Assembly: GCA_034530615.2 (NCBI GenBank)
Contig: JAVRCV020000005.1
Location: 1 to 64,000, forward strand
DNA from: Aulosira sp. ZfuVER01
GTDB lineage: Bacteria > Cyanobacteriota > Cyanobacteriia > Cyanobacteriales > Nostocaceae
Length of the DNA: 64,000 bases
Direction: 5' to 3'
Made by a program: the position numbers and the translations under genes. The notes beneath the pieces were generated by a model. That model was not told where the DNA came from, made no database searches, and saw nothing but the letters and a program-made list of their open reading frames with translations. Shown here one piece after another: positions 45,596-57,043 of this stretch; position 1 is the first letter of the stretch; each line of letters starts with the position of its first letter.

Positions 45596-45889
45596 ATGGA
45601 TATGCAAGTCCTGAGAGAACGTGCTGGGCTTAGCCGTGCAGAGGTTGCCTTCAGGCTTGCAATCAGTGAAACCAGTGTACGCAACTGGGAAGCTGGGCGT
45701 ACTGAACCCACAATGACACCAAAAAAATATTTAGACGCATTGCGTCTATTTAAATGCACACCTGAAGAATTGGCCGCAGCTAGCGAAAAGTCAATTAATC
45801 AGCGGCATAAACGCAAACCAGGAAGACCTAAACGCTTTCCAGATAGTCCCGTAGTAACTCAAGTAACTGATTCGCCAGTTTGTAGCTAA
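45596..45889 (+). CDS. XRE-family HTH transcriptional regulator
   Basis: LRERAGLSRAEVAFRLAISETSVRNWEAGRTEP; AT-hook-like KPGRPK. Confidence 0.9.
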   Translation: MDMQVLRERAGLSRAEVAFRLAISETSVRNWEAGRTEPTMTPKKYLDALRLFKCTPEELAAASEKSINQRHKRKPGRPKRFPDSPVVTQVTDSPVCS

Positions 45890-46181
45890 TTAGATTTGAG
45901 GTAAAGGTTCAGGCTGATGGCTGTGGTTTACTATAGTGATGGCAGTTCCTGCGTTACTATTGCTTGACGTGCAGTGATGTTAATTTCATGGCTTTTGAAA
46001 CTGGGGGAGTAAGGATTCCGATTGTTGTCTTTGCTCTCACTCATTGGATAATTTAATTTCTGAAGTCCCTAATACCGCTGCGCGAAAGTCAAAAATCAAA
46101 AGAATTGTATTTCGGACTTTTGCGCCAATTTAAATGGTTTGTTTATCTTATACCAATTCCCGAAAAAAAATGAAACAGATG

Positions 46182-46260
46182 AGTAGGTTGGGGAGCGACT
46201 TACGTGGGCGGGTTTCCCGTGAGTGAAGTGGCGTTTGAACTGAGTGAAACCCAACCTACT
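46182..46260. repeat. REP-like palindrome with a nested second repeat
   Basis: AGTAGGTTGGG ... CCCAACCTACT (11-bp inverted repeat) enclosing a GTGGGCGGGTTTCCC unit. Confidence 0.6.
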
Positions 46261-46443
46261 GGCTGAAGGTTATTTTAATTGAAGAGCGATCGCGTTGCGG
46301 CAAAATCTCAGGTGCGATCGCCTTCCTGCATCTGTGATTTCTTTACACGCTCAAAGGTGCAGTTTATTTAAGTATATTTATTGAATAAATATTAGATTTT
46401 ACTGTAAACCATACTTTAGTTTTTGTGGTTTTTGCTCAGGGCA

Positions 46444-46682
46444 ATGGGGCAGATTGAATTACTAGAGCAAGATTTAATATAAGCCTCTATTCGGAAAATA
46501 TGTTGATGAGTGTGAGGACGCACTATGGCAAGAACAGTTTGCAGTATATGCAGGCGGGAGGAAAGCCACGCCAGAGTAATAAGCGATCTGCAAAGAATAC
46601 TGCATCAAAGACAACGGCAATCGCACCAAATGTAGAGCAAGCGACGACGAATGGCAAAAGTCCGAAGACAGAAGTGAATTAG
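46444..46682 (+). pseudogene. 3' remnant of a conserved hypothetical gene
   Basis: MLMSVRTHYGKNSLQYMQAGG resembles the C-terminus of a cyanobacterial hypothetical family; the upstream part is broken by a stop/frameshift and the 5' half is missing. Confidence 0.4.
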
Positions 46683-46733
46683 GTAAGTAGACTGATAGGT
46701 GCGTAGGCGTAGCCTGTCAGTCTAAACCTTAAC

Positions 46734-47281
46734 TTAGCGTAGAAATTTGTCAACTTCGAGATAGATATCGGGAAATGCTAAAGATGCGATCAAACCCGAT
46801 TGCAATTGCCATACAGACTGATACTCACCTTGAACAGGTTGACGATGAACCCATAACAGAGAATTAGGAATATCTATCACCCAATATTCTTTTATGCCAT
46901 TGCGAGCATATAGAGATACTTTTTCTTCTAAATCGTAGCTAAGAGTTGAATTAGACACCTCAATTAGCCAGTAAATATCCGCAGGTTCCGGATGGCGTTC
47001 GTCATAACTAGACTCAGGAGGGACAGCAATACAAATATCTGGTTGTGGTTCGCTGTTACTGGCTAAAAGGATTGGGGCTGAGGAAAATATGACCCCTCGA
47101 TCGCACAGCATTGATTCTAAATACTTAACTCCCCGCCGATAAGTTCACGATGAATCGGCAATTCTGGAGCCATATCAATAATATTGCCATCTATAAGTTC
47201 TACCTGTCGTCCTGCCAATAGCCCAGTCTCGATCATGCGGTGGTATTCCTCAACCGTCCACTTTGTTGATGTTCTGACCAT
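46734..47281 (-). pseudogene. Uma2-family endonuclease with a 1-bp frameshift
   Basis: ATG 47281 gives MVRTSTKWTVEEYHRMIETG...VELIDGNIIDMAP..IHR, then the frame shifts near 47146 and resumes as YLESMLCDR..EPQPD..IEVS..EYWVID. The span is 548 bp, one short of a multiple of 3. Confidence 0.85.
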
Positions 47282-47536
47282 TGGTTTCCTAGGGCAATAC
47301 CGGACTTTTTTAATTATAAAGTTTAATTATAAAGCGCTAATTCTGTATTAGATCTAATATTGAAATGGAGAACTGACAAGGAAAAGGCAGAATATTTTTA
47401 CCTTTTACCCTTTCGGAAACTTCACCTCAAGTAGCAGCTTGTGAAAAAACCAATTTCTAACTAGTGCGATCGCTCACGGTATTTGCCACGGCGGCGCGAT
47501 AAGATTCTAAAACAACAGTCGTACTATAAGGTTTAA

Positions 47537-48520
47537 ATGGCAGAAACTCTTTTCTTTAACGCCCTCCGTGAAGCCATTGATGAAGAAATGGCACGTGATT
47601 CCAGTGTATTTGTTCTCGGGGAAGACGTAGGACACTACGGCGGTTCCTACAAAGTTACCAGAGACCTTTACAAAAAGTATGGTGACTTGAGAGTTCTTGA
47701 CACCCCCATTGCCGAAAATAGCTTTACAGGGATGGCAGTAGGAGCAGCGATGACTGGGTTAAGACCCATCATCGAGGGTATGAACATGGGTTTTTTGCTA
47801 CTTGCCTTTAACCAAATCTCTAATAACGCTGGGATGCTGCGCTATACTTCCGGCGGTAATTTTAAAATTCCAATGGTAATTCGCGGACCTGGTGGTGTTG
47901 GTAGACAACTAGGTGCAGAACATTCCCAAAGATTAGAAACTTACTTCCAAGCCGTTCCTGGGTTAAAAATCGTTGCCTGTTCTACACCTTACAACGCCAA
48001 AGGACTTCTAAAATCGGCAATTCGTGATGATAACCCCGTGCTGTTCTTTGAACACGTTCTGCTTTACAACTTAAAAGAAGATCTGCCAGAAGAAGAATAC
48101 TTACTACCTTTAGACAAAGCAGAAGTTGTGCGTCGTGGTAAAGATGTCACAATTCTTACTTACTCACGGATGCGCCATCATGTGCTGCAAGCCGTGAAAA
48201 CTTTAGAAAAACAAGGTTACGACCCAGAAGTCATTGATTTAATATCACTGAAGCCATTAGATTTTGATACCATCGGTGCCTCTATCCGCAAAACCCATCG
48301 CGTAATTGTGGTGGAAGAGGCTATGCGCACAGCAGGTATTGGTGCAGAAGTCATCGCTTCCATTAATGACCGCTTGTTTGATGAATTGGATGCGCCTGTA
48401 CTCAGGCTTTCATCCCAAGATATTCCCACACCTTACAACGGTAATCTGGAGCGGCTGACAATTGTTCAACCAGAACAAATAGTAGAAGCCGTGGAAAAAA
48501 TGGTGGCGATGCGAGTCTAG
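47537..48520 (+). CDS. pdhB: Pyruvate dehydrogenase E1 beta subunit
   Basis: [26 protein letters not shown]. Confidence 0.97.
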   Translation: MAETLFFNALREAIDEEMARDSSVFVLGEDVGHYGGSYKVTRDLYKKYGDLRVLDTPIAENSFTGMAVGAAMTGLRPIIEGMNMGFLLLAFNQISNNAGMLRYTSGGNFKIPMVIRGPGGVGRQLGAEHSQRLETYFQAVPGLKIVACSTPYNAKGLLKSAIRDDNPVLFFEHVLLYNLKEDLPEEEYLLPLDKAEVVRRGKDVTILTYSRMRHHVLQAVKTLEKQGYDPEVIDLISLKPLDFDTIGASIRKTHRVIVVEEAMRTAGIGAEVIASINDRLFDELDAPVLRLSSQDIPTPYNGNLERLTIVQPEQIVEAVEKMVAMRV

Positions 48521-48525
48521 AACTA

Positions 48526-48677
48526 GAAGGGAAGGGGGATGAGGAGGATAAGGGAGATAAGGGAAACAAGGAGAACGCAGCAGTAGGAGCAACCCTTGTG
48601 GTTGCCCGCCCCATGACCAATACTTCGGCTTCGCTCAGTACAAGTGCCCAATGCCCAGTGCCCAATGCCCCATCCCC
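48526..48677. repeat. Cluster of STRR and REP-like repeats
   Basis: GGAGATAAG-type 9-mers, GCAACC-CTTGT-GGTTGC hairpin and CCCAATG/CCCAGTG heptamers. Confidence 0.65.
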
Positions 48678-48773
48678 GATTTCTAGTAACAATTCTTACT
48701 GATAACTAATAACTCATAACGATTTAAAAGAGCGCTATTATAGCCTTTGTCAGTTGCGAGTGATGGTTATGGT

Positions 48774-50186
48774 ATGCAAAGACAGCGATCGCTATTAGCT
48801 TTAATTGTAGTGTTGGTTATCGCCGCTATTGCGGTGATGCTGACAATTCCCATACCTTTGGGACTAGATTTGCGGGGAGGCTCACAGCTCACAATTCAGG
48901 TGAAACCCACAGCAGAAATTAAGCAAATCACCGAAAAAGAATTGGAAGGCGTGAAGAAAGTAGTTGAGGGACGGATTAACGGTCTTGGCGTTTCCGAACC
49001 AGTGATTCAAACTGTGGGTGCAGACAAAATTTTAGTGCAACTTCCCGGAGTTAACGATCCAGAACAAGCAGAACGGGTATTAGGAGGTACAGCACAGTTA
49101 GAATTTCGCGAACAAAAACCCGGTACGGAAACTCAACTGTTTGCTTTTCAAGCATCTCGCGCCGAACTAAAAGCCAAGCAACAGGAATTGAGAACTAGTA
49201 ATGACAGTGCTGCAATCGCCAAAAATCAAGAAGAGTTGCAGAAAAATAATCAAGCGATCGCCGAATTGTTTGAAAGTACCAATCCACCCCTAATCGGTAA
49301 ATATCTCCAGAATGCCTATGGCGAACCAACCCAAGGTAATAACTGGAATGTTGCTATTCGCTTCAATCAACAGGGTGGTCAACTGTTTGCTGAATTGACC
49401 AAAAGCCTTGCAGGTACTGGGCGTGGCATTGGAATTTTTCTAGATAATGAACTGATCAGTTCTCCTAGTGTCGGGCCAGAATTTGCCGCCGCAGGTATTA
49501 CTGGTGGTGCGGCGGTGATTACAGGTAGGTTTACCGCCCAACAAGCTAATGACTTAGGTGTGCAGCTACGTGGTGGCGCATTACCCGTACCAGTAGAAAT
49601 TGCGGAAAGACGGACAGTAGGCGCAACCTTAGGTAAAGACAGCATTCAAAGCAGTATCTACGCTGGCATTGGTGGTTTGGCTCTAGTATTAATATTTATG
49701 GTGGTGTACTATCGACTACCAGGGCTGATTGCGGATTTGTCATTAATAATTTACTCTTTGTTGACTTGGGCTTGCTTTGCTTTATTGGGTGTAACTTTGA
49801 CTTTGCCAGGAATTGCTGGTTTTATTCTCAGTATCGGTATGGCAGTTGATGCCAACGTGTTAATTTTTGAGCGCACGCGGGAAGAATTAAAAGCGGGTAA
49901 ATCCCTATATCGTTCTGTAGAATCTGGTTTTTACCGCGCATTTTCTAGTATTTTAGACAGCAATGTCACCACATGGATTGCTTGTGCTGCCCTGTTTTGG
50001 TTAGGTTCTGGCTTAGTAAAAGGCTTTGCCTTGACTCTAGCTTTAGGGGTAGCAGTAAGTATGTTTACGGCAATTACCTGTAGTCGTACATTGCTGTTTG
50101 TGGCAATTTCTATTTCCTCCTTGCGGAAGACAGAACTTTACTGTCCTAACGTACCAGTTGCGAATAAGGCAGAGGTCGCACAATGA
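48774..50186 (+). CDS. secD: Protein translocase subunit SecD
   Basis: [34 protein letters not shown] at 48774 preferred. Confidence 0.97.
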   Translation: MQRQRSLLALIVVLVIAAIAVMLTIPIPLGLDLRGGSQLTIQVKPTAEIKQITEKELEGVKKVVEGRINGLGVSEPVIQTVGADKILVQLPGVNDPEQAERVLGGTAQLEFREQKPGTETQLFAFQASRAELKAKQQELRTSNDSAAIAKNQEELQKNNQAIAELFESTNPPLIGKYLQNAYGEPTQGNNWNVAIRFNQQGGQLFAELTKSLAGTGRGIGIFLDNELISSPSVGPEFAAAGITGGAAVITGRFTAQQANDLGVQLRGGALPVPVEIAERRTVGATLGKDSIQSSIYAGIGGLALVLIFMVVYYRLPGLIADLSLIIYSLLTWACFALLGVTLTLPGIAGFILSIGMAVDANVLIFERTREELKAGKSLYRSVESGFYRAFSSILDSNVTTWIACAALFWLGSGLVKGFALTLALGVAVSMFTAITCSRTLLFVAISISSLRKTELYCPNVPVANKAEVAQ

Positions 50187-51160
50187 AACTGAGTATTAAC
50201 AAATCGCGATCGCTATGGTGGACTATTTCCTCCGCCATCATTCTCAGCGGTATCATCTCAATGGTGATTTCTTGGCAAAACCCAAATATCAGAGCACCCC
50301 TACGCCCTAGTTTGGATTTCGTCGGTGGTACGAGGTTACAGTTTGAACGCGACTGTACCAAACCAGGTAACTGCGACAAACCAATAGATATCGGTGTTGC
50401 ACGGGATGTAGCTAAAGAACAAGGGCTAGGTGATAGCAGTATCCAAGTTGTTGGTGACAATGGGATTTTGATTCGCACGAAAAACCTTGATGCCGATCAG
50501 CGCACCAAGTTACGCAATACCTTAAGCGAAAAAATCGGTGAGTTCGATCCGCAAAAAAACCAAATTGACTCCGTTGGCCCCACTTTGGGACAAGAGTTAT
50601 TTCGGTCTGGGGTTCTCGCTTTGATTGTTTCCTTCTTAGGAATTACAGTTTATATGGCGTTCCGCTTTCAGTGGGACTATGCCATTTTTGCGATCGTTGC
50701 CCTATTCCACGATATCTTAATCACCGTAGGGTCTTTCTCGATTTTGGGTTTGGTACTGGGTATTGAAGCAGATAGTTTGTTCATCGTCGCTTTACTGACG
50801 ATTACAGGTTTTTCAGTGAATGATACAGTCGTCATTTACGATCGCATTCGTGAAACTCTCAAAACTCATCCCGACAGGCCAATTGCTGAAATTGTTGATG
50901 ATGCAGTTAACCAAACTTTAACTCGGTCAATCAACACGACCTTAACTGTATTGCTGACATTATTTGCGATCTTTCTGTTTGGCGGAGAAACGCTGAGAAA
51001 TTTTGCCCTAGCTTTGATTATTGGTTTCACAATGGGGGCTTATTCTAGTATTTTCATTGCCAGTACCCTTCTAGCTTGGTGGCGAGAGCGTACAGGTCAA
51101 TCTCCATCTGTAGCAACTGACCAAACAACTGATACCTCTGCCAGTTCCCAAGAAAGTTAA
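50183..51160 (+). CDS. secF: Protein translocase subunit SecF
   Basis: [28 protein letters not shown]; overlaps the secD stop. Confidence 0.97.
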   Translation: MKLSINKSRSLWWTISSAIILSGIISMVISWQNPNIRAPLRPSLDFVGGTRLQFERDCTKPGNCDKPIDIGVARDVAKEQGLGDSSIQVVGDNGILIRTKNLDADQRTKLRNTLSEKIGEFDPQKNQIDSVGPTLGQELFRSGVLALIVSFLGITVYMAFRFQWDYAIFAIVALFHDILITVGSFSILGLVLGIEADSLFIVALLTITGFSVNDTVVIYDRIRETLKTHPDRPIAEIVDDAVNQTLTRSINTTLTVLLTLFAIFLFGGETLRNFALALIIGFTMGAYSSIFIASTLLAWWRERTGQSPSVATDQTTDTSASSQES

Positions 51161-51334
51161 GCTGCTGTATATTTCCTAACTGGGTGAAAGCATTTTGTAT
51201 TGCTCATACCAAATTGCAATAGATTCAATGATTCTAAATTGGTGAAACATCCTAAAACATAAATATTCCCAATCAAAAATCTTAAATCCTCAATTCCAAA
51301 TTGGTATCACCCATATCTTGCCGTTTTACGTCCT

Positions 51335-51769
51335 ATGGATCAATCGGAACAACCATCACTTAATGGCGATCGCATTCACAACTCTGACCCAGCTTTTGCT
51401 CAACAGGTGCAAAGGTTACATCAACTGACAGTCTACGGTCGGTGGTTATTTGTTGGCTGTTTGTGGCTTACAATTGCCCCTGTTTGCTTGTGGAACTTAC
51501 AAGCAGAAATTGCTCTGTGGCAACAATACTTTACCTGGGTAGCGGTGCGATACGGACTTTTATCCCATCCACTGTCTACCTTTGGTTTAGCTTTTTGTAT
51601 TGGGATGACAACTTCTGTTTTAATTTGGCAAAGTCGCAATATCCTCCTAGGCCTACCACAGCAGGAAAAACAACGCTTAGAAAAGCAAGTTTGTCGGATA
51701 CGCCAGCAAGGCCCCACTCATCCTTTGTGGAAGTGGGTTTGTCAACCTCTGCGGCAAATTAAAAATTAA
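51335..51769 (+). CDS. Conserved hypothetical membrane protein
   Basis: 144 aa with two TM segments and C-terminal RQQGPTHPLWKW. Confidence 0.75.
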   Translation: MDQSEQPSLNGDRIHNSDPAFAQQVQRLHQLTVYGRWLFVGCLWLTIAPVCLWNLQAEIALWQQYFTWVAVRYGLLSHPLSTFGLAFCIGMTTSVLIWQSRNILLGLPQQEKQRLEKQVCRIRQQGPTHPLWKWVCQPLRQIKN

Positions 51770-51918
51770 AAAATACGTTATATGAACAAATATTAATCAG
51801 ACCAGAAATAGCGATCGCTACAGATGATGACGCGAAAATTTAGAGATTCATGTGTAGCAAAATTTGTCAGAATAGGGATTAAATGTGGTAAAAATACTGC
51901 TAAATTCGGGTGTTGTAA

Positions 51919-52389
51919 ATGAACTATTCTCAAATTCAATTTAGCGATCACAAGTCTGAAATTGATCTCGATCAACTGCAACAGCTGTTTAATCTTTCTG
52001 CTTTTTGGGCACAAGGACGTAGTATCGAGGATTTGAGTATAGCTATTACCAACAGCGATCCGGTAATTTCTTTATGGGATGGAGAGCAACTCGTTGGCTT
52101 TGCTAGAGCAACTTCCGATGGTATATATCGCGCCACAATTTGGGATGTTGTCATTCATCCAGAGTATCGTGGGAGAGGATTAGGAAGCAAATTAGTTGAA
52201 ACAGTATTGAGTCATCCTCGCATGAGGTGGGTTGAGCGTGTTTATCTCATGACCACTCACCAGCAGGAGTTCTATGAAAAAATTGGTTTTCAGTCTAATA
52301 CAAGTACTACTATGGTGCTATACAACCAACCTAACCTGGATTCGCTGCCATCTGGAGAAATTCAGCTTCAGGAATCATTAGGGGGATAG
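51919..52389 (+). CDS. GNAT acetyltransferase
   Basis: VGFARA, DVVIHPEYRGRGLG, FYEKIGF. Confidence 0.92.
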   Translation: MNYSQIQFSDHKSEIDLDQLQQLFNLSAFWAQGRSIEDLSIAITNSDPVISLWDGEQLVGFARATSDGIYRATIWDVVIHPEYRGRGLGSKLVETVLSHPRMRWVERVYLMTTHQQEFYEKIGFQSNTSTTMVLYNQPNLDSLPSGEIQLQESLGG

Positions 52390-53299
52390 ACACTTGCAGT
52401 CTGGTAAATTGTTCATTTCCTTCCTCAGTAGTGGAAGGTACAATTTCCAGCGTTCCTCCCATCACTTCCAATAAAGTTTGACTAAGTAAGAGCTTCATTC
52501 CTGGTGAAAGATGAGAATTCTGTTTCTCAGCGACAACAGGTTTATCTTCCACCTGTGTAAAATCTATGGATTTAATAAAATCAATAGACTCACTCCAAGG
52601 TAGAGCATCAACTGGTACATCCAGCCAAATGTATGCAGAATTTTTTATAGGCGAAGCGTTTGTATAAATAGAAATTGTCCCTTCTTCCATCTGAACAATT
52701 GCAGTGTCTACTAAATTTAGCAATACTTGACGTAGCCAACGAGGATCTGCCAAAACGTAAATTTCTGACTCTGGAAGCGACATTTGTAGAGAAAAGTTGC
52801 GATTTGCCGCCAGCAGATAAGTTAACTTATAAACTTCCTGCAAAACTTCAGTTAGGGATAGGGGTTGAATATCTAACTTATTGGTGCCATGCTCTACTCT
52901 GGCAACATTGAGAATTTCATCAATTAATTTCAGCAGCTTTAAGGCTCTTTCGTGCGCTTGGGCAACAAATTCTCGCTCTTCCTCGGGATTTTCACACAAA
53001 TCCGACAAAATTAATTGATGTAAACCAATTAAACCATTGAGGGGCGATCGCAATTCATGAGTAGTTCGTGCCAAAAAACCCGCTTTAAACTGGCTCATTT
53101 CCCTAGCCATTTGGTAGGCTAGTTGATTTTCCTGCAACCGTTGCAGCGATTGTGGTGAAGGTTTTGGCTCTGTTGTTTCTACTAGAGATGAACTAGGTAT
53201 AGCGTTGTTAGAACGTGTAAATAACCAACGGAAACTCATCCCCAGTAAAAGTCCTATTCCTAAATACACCCAATTATTCCAATTCATAATATTTTGCAA
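52331..53299 (-). CDS. hepN: Membrane-anchored histidine kinase with a degenerate ATPase domain (HepN-like)
   Basis: N-terminal TM and THELRSPL H-box; G boxes not recognisable. Position next to tsaC-prmC-tic22 matches recalled alr0117 synteny. Confidence 0.6.
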   Translation of the reverse strand: MQNIMNWNNWVYLGIGLLLGMSFRWLFTRSNNAIPSSSLVETTEPKPSPQSLQRLQENQLAYQMAREMSQFKAGFLARTTHELRSPLNGLIGLHQLILSDLCENPEEEREFVAQAHERALKLLKLIDEILNVARVEHGTNKLDIQPLSLTEVLQEVYKLTYLLAANRNFSLQMSLPESEIYVLADPRWLRQVLLNLVDTAIVQMEEGTISIYTNASPIKNSAYIWLDVPVDALPWSESIDFIKSIDFTQVEDKPVVAEKQNSHLSPGMKLLLSQTLLEVMGGTLEIVPSTTEEGNEQFTRLQVSIPLMIPEAEFLQMAANPG

Positions 53300-53472
53300 T
53301 TATTCAGCTTTATTCTTTGACCACAAAGATTCAAAATTAAGTTCCTGATTTGAAAATTACCTATCAATCTCTAGTTTCTAGGTGCAATAGCAGATTGTTC
53401 TGTATTTATATTGAGGAACCTAGCGTAATTAAAAATACTATACATTGTGTCAGCAGTTTCCTATCTAAATAG

Positions 53473-53507
53473 AAATAGCCTTAACTCTAATTGAGTTAAG
53501 GCTATTT
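53473..53507. terminator. Long palindrome/terminator downstream of tsaC
   Basis: AAATAGCCTTAACTC-TAATT-GAGTTAAGGCTATTT. Confidence 0.65.
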
Positions 53508-53548
53508 TTCCACAAATTGTATTTTTATGAATACTTATGAATTTCTGG

Positions 53549-54139
53549 CTAAAAATTTAACTTAATAGCACCTTGTCGCAAAATTTGCCAATTCATTCCC
53601 GTCCATTTAGCCACCGTAGAAGGTACACCTCCTGTAGATACTTCTTGCTGATATTCTGTTGTGCTCAAATTCAAAACATCAGGGAACTGGTTCTCAATTT
53701 CTGCCATTGTTTGCAAGGCTGGTTGACCAGAAACATTGGCGCTAGTTGTTGCCAAAGGGCCTGTTCGGGACAAAATATTTTGGGCGATCGCACTTGCAGG
53801 AACTCTGATACCAATTGTGGTTGGGTCAGTAGGATTCATCTGTTTTGGAACTAAGACTGATGCTGGCAAAACCAACGTCAGCCCTCCAGGCCAGTATTTA
53901 TCTGTAATTTCCTGCCAAATTTTGTACTCGCGATCGCTACCTTGGACATAAGGCCACAAATCCGATCCGCTAGCCCCCATCAAAATCAAAGGTTTATCTT
54001 GACTGCGTTGTTTAGCTGCAAATATTAAATCTGCTTTTTCTGGTAAAGCTGCAAGTGCGGGAACTGTATCTGTAGGAAAGCTTACTAATTTCCCAGCACG
54101 TGCGCCAGCTACTAAAGCATCCAAGGAAACTTTTGTCAT
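53549..54139 (-). CDS. tsaC: L-threonylcarbamoyladenylate synthase (Sua5/YrdC)
   Basis: FPTDTV, KQRSQDKPL, WPGGLT, TTSANVSG. Confidence 0.92.
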   Translation of the reverse strand: MTKVSLDALVAGARAGKLVSFPTDTVPALAALPEKADLIFAAKQRSQDKPLILMGASGSDLWPYVQGSDREYKIWQEITDKYWPGGLTLVLPASVLVPKQMNPTDPTTIGIRVPASAIAQNILSRTGPLATTSANVSGQPALQTMAEIENQFPDVLNLSTTEYQQEVSTGGVPSTVAKWTGMNWQILRQGAIKLNF

Positions 54140-54211
54140 GTTTAACGAGTGAAGAGTTAACAATTAATACATATAGCGGTTTGCAGCACACTCAATAAAA
54201 ACTGCGATCGC

Positions 54212-55135
54212 TCAACACTCAGCATTCACATAAGCTAGGGCAAAGCGTTCAATCCCAGCTAAATCGGAGTGAATTTCGATATTACTATAGCTACCATGAT
54301 TTTGTAGAATTTCTTTAACTCTATCTGCCTGCCCTGCCATCATCTCAATCAACCATACACCACCAGGTTGCAAATAACTGGGGGAAATTTCAATCAAATG
54401 ACGGATGCAATCCAAACCATCAGCACCACCATCTAAAGCTAAATGTGGTTCGTGGAGAATTACTTCTGGTTGTAATGTCGGTAAGGTGCTGGTGGGAATA
54501 TAAGGCGGATTGGAAACCATCCCACTTAACTGACCTTTGAGGAACGAGAGTGGTTCCCACCAGGAACCTTGATAAAATCGAATCCGGTCAGCAAAGCCCA
54601 AATTTTGGGCATTTGCCGCTGCGATCGCCAAAGCTTCTGAACTGTAATCGACGGCGTGAATGGTGGACTCTGGAAAGACATTTGCTAGTCCCAGAGCGAT
54701 CGCACCACTACCAGTACCTAAGTCCACCCAGTGTCCTTGCTGTAAAGGTGGGATGGCTTCACTACTATTGGCGGCAGTTACAGCTAAATCAATCAAGCAT
54801 TCTGTTTCAGGTCTAGGAATCAAAACTGCGCTCGAAACGGCGATTTTAAACTGTCGCCAAGGTGAAACTCCCGCAATGTACTGCACTGGCAAGCGATCGT
54901 GTAACCGCCTTTGCCACAACTGCTCTAAATCTTCTAAAGGCAACTTCAGTTGAATTTGCGGCCAGTTTTTGTAAGATTCTAAACGCAGTGCCAAGCGATC
55001 TAAACCTGCTACCTCTTGTAGCAGCCAATCAACTTCCGCTACTGGAACATCTGTGGCGATCGCAGCTTGAATTGCCTGATGACGCCACTGCCAAAGTTGT
55101 AAACCAGAGACTACTTTTGGCTGTGTATTCGTCAT
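54212..55135 (-). CDS. prmC: Release factor glutamine methyltransferase
   Basis: VLIPRPETE, DLGTGSGAIA, SNPPY. Confidence 0.96.
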   Translation of the reverse strand: MTNTQPKVVSGLQLWQWRHQAIQAAIATDVPVAEVDWLLQEVAGLDRLALRLESYKNWPQIQLKLPLEDLEQLWQRRLHDRLPVQYIAGVSPWRQFKIAVSSAVLIPRPETECLIDLAVTAANSSEAIPPLQQGHWVDLGTGSGAIALGLANVFPESTIHAVDYSSEALAIAAANAQNLGFADRIRFYQGSWWEPLSFLKGQLSGMVSNPPYIPTSTLPTLQPEVILHEPHLALDGGADGLDCIRHLIEISPSYLQPGGVWLIEMMAGQADRVKEILQNHGSYSNIEIHSDLAGIERFALAYVNAEC

Positions 55136-55144
55136 ACCTCAACA

Positions 55145-55975
55145 TTACCTAGGCTTTTTGGGTTGTGAATTGTTCCGATTGGGAGCCGCAGGAGCCTTAG
55201 ATGCATTATTATCCCTAGGCAGTGTCTTAATATATTCTCTAGATTCTGGCGATGGCACTAAGACGACTTGATTCAGCCATGTATCATTTTTATCCTGCAA
55301 GGTTTTAATCACACCATCTACATCTATTACCTGAATATCAGCCTTGGGATATTTAGGCTTCACTTGGTTTAACAAACCCTGTGCGTCTTGCTTACTTAAA
55401 AACAAAGGAATTAGCTGCTGATTGTCAGCAGTCAGTTTAATTGGTACATATCCTTGATCTGGCGCAAACCTGACCGCAAACACAGGTACACTCTTAAACT
55501 GATCTACCTTTTGACCAGTTTGGCGTAGTATATCCATTGCCCCTTGGATTTCTTGGTCTACAGGTTTAAAAGCAAATAAAAGACGGTTGGGCTGATTTTT
55601 ACTTTGTTGCAATTGTTGATAAATGACTCCCAGAGGTACTGCTGTTACCTGAAGACTTTTGACAATTTCTTGTATTTTCGGGTCTTTTCCTTGTGTACTC
55701 CGCAGGTCGTTAATAAATTTTTGGGCTTCTTGGCGACTCAGATAAACTCCTGTCACGGAGCCACCAGCTTTTTGGCCGTTTTGATTTTGGGGCAGGGGAC
55801 GACTCAGCGGTAGTCCCTTTTCGTTAGTTACTAAATATACAGGTACTGAGTCTAATTTCTCTTTTATTTGCTGTTCTGACAATGCCAGCACAGAAAGATT
55901 TCCAGCAAAGACAGTTCCTAGCAATGTACTGCCAACTAAACCCAATGTTGCGCCCCAGCGAACCAATGATTTCAT
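55145..55975 (-). CDS. tic22: Tic22-family periplasmic chaperone
   Basis: Signal peptide, KLDSVPVYLVTN, VPVF, IPLFLSKQD; ATG at 55975. Confidence 0.88.
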   Translation of the reverse strand: MKSLVRWGATLGLVGSTLLGTVFAGNLSVLALSEQQIKEKLDSVPVYLVTNEKGLPLSRPLPQNQNGQKAGGSVTGVYLSRQEAQKFINDLRSTQGKDPKIQEIVKSLQVTAVPLGVIYQQLQQSKNQPNRLLFAFKPVDQEIQGAMDILRQTGQKVDQFKSVPVFAVRFAPDQGYVPIKLTADNQQLIPLFLSKQDAQGLLNQVKPKYPKADIQVIDVDGVIKTLQDKNDTWLNQVVLVPSPESREYIKTLPRDNNASKAPAAPNRNNSQPKKPR

Positions 55976-56050
55976 GACTACTCCTCGTGTCAACAATTCT
56001 TTTAACTCAGACACATAGTTGGTTTTGCACAGCACCAACTTGTTTTAGTT

Positions 56051-56152
56051 ATATAGCAATCCATTAGAAATGGGAAAAATTCGTACTGCCTATTGAAAGT
56101 TAATAGACAGCCTCAAGAAGTGTTATTTCCTGCCAATTTAGGATTGCAATAT
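56051..56152. mobile_element. MITE-like element
   Basis: Inverted ends ATATAGCAATCC / GGATTGCAATAT. Confidence 0.5.
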
Positions 56153-56642
56153 ATTGCCCTCAAGCATTGAAAGTGCTTAAATGGTCTTTTTCTCAATGTT
56201 TATCTAGCTATTTTTGCTCTGCACTGCAAAATGCCGTAGATGCTTGTTATATGGCGCTATCTGGTAGCGACAAATTGCTCAAATTATTTCAGCACTAAAT
56301 GTCATTTGATTGTCTTTACCTAACTATAAATGACGCCATTATATAGTGAATCGTTCCAGTTGCCTTTAATTTAGAATCTGTTCAAATTTAGGTAAATGTA
56401 TATAAAATTCAATTTGTAAATTATTCTTTGCTAGGGAACAAATTTGTCTATGATAGCTTGCACAATAGCTTAAGACCAAAATAGCCAAATTAGATTACTT
56501 AGATTACTCCGAAAAAATATCTAATTTAGAAGCACAGTATTTACCAAAGAAAAACTCTCATCAATTATTGATTTTTCTTATTAAATATTTAAAAAACCGT
56601 AGATCTATTGATAGATTTACGGTTTTACTTTGAAATTTTAAA

Positions 56643-56716
56643 TCGGGATGACAGGATTTGAACCTGCGGCATCCTGCTCCCAAAGCAGGCGCGCTACCAA
56701 GCTGCGCTACATCCCG
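56643..56716 (-). tRNA. trnP: tRNA-Pro (TGG)
   Basis: CGGGATGTAGCGCAGCTTGGTAGCGCGCCTGCTTTGGGAGCAGGATGCCGCAGGTTCAAATCCTGTCATCCCGA folds as a cloverleaf. Confidence 0.98.
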
Positions 56717-57043
56717 GTTAATTTATCTACTGCCACTAGTAGGATTTGACTCTTACAACAAGGCTTTCGACTTTATCAGTCTCACAAGAATTAGTGGTAC
56801 TTTGGTTAGCTTAACAAAGCGCTCTATCGATTATATCAGATTCAGCAGATATTTACTCATTTTTTATCTGCTAACACAAGAATAATCGAGTTGTGTCTTT
56901 TATCAAGTTCTCGAGAGCCAACATAGCTTAATAATCAAGCTACTTGCTAGCATCTCAGTTCAACCTCTGAAACTAATCTTGAGTAGACTTTCGCTATTAT
57001 AACTAAATTTTGGGTAGCAATGTATTTTATTTGTATAGAGAAT

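Noticed and set aside
45941..46044. Short minus-strand ORF (MSESKDNNRNPYSPSF...) convergent with the XRE gene as a toxin partner
   Set aside because: No toxin-like features or operon arrangement; more likely a gene fragment.
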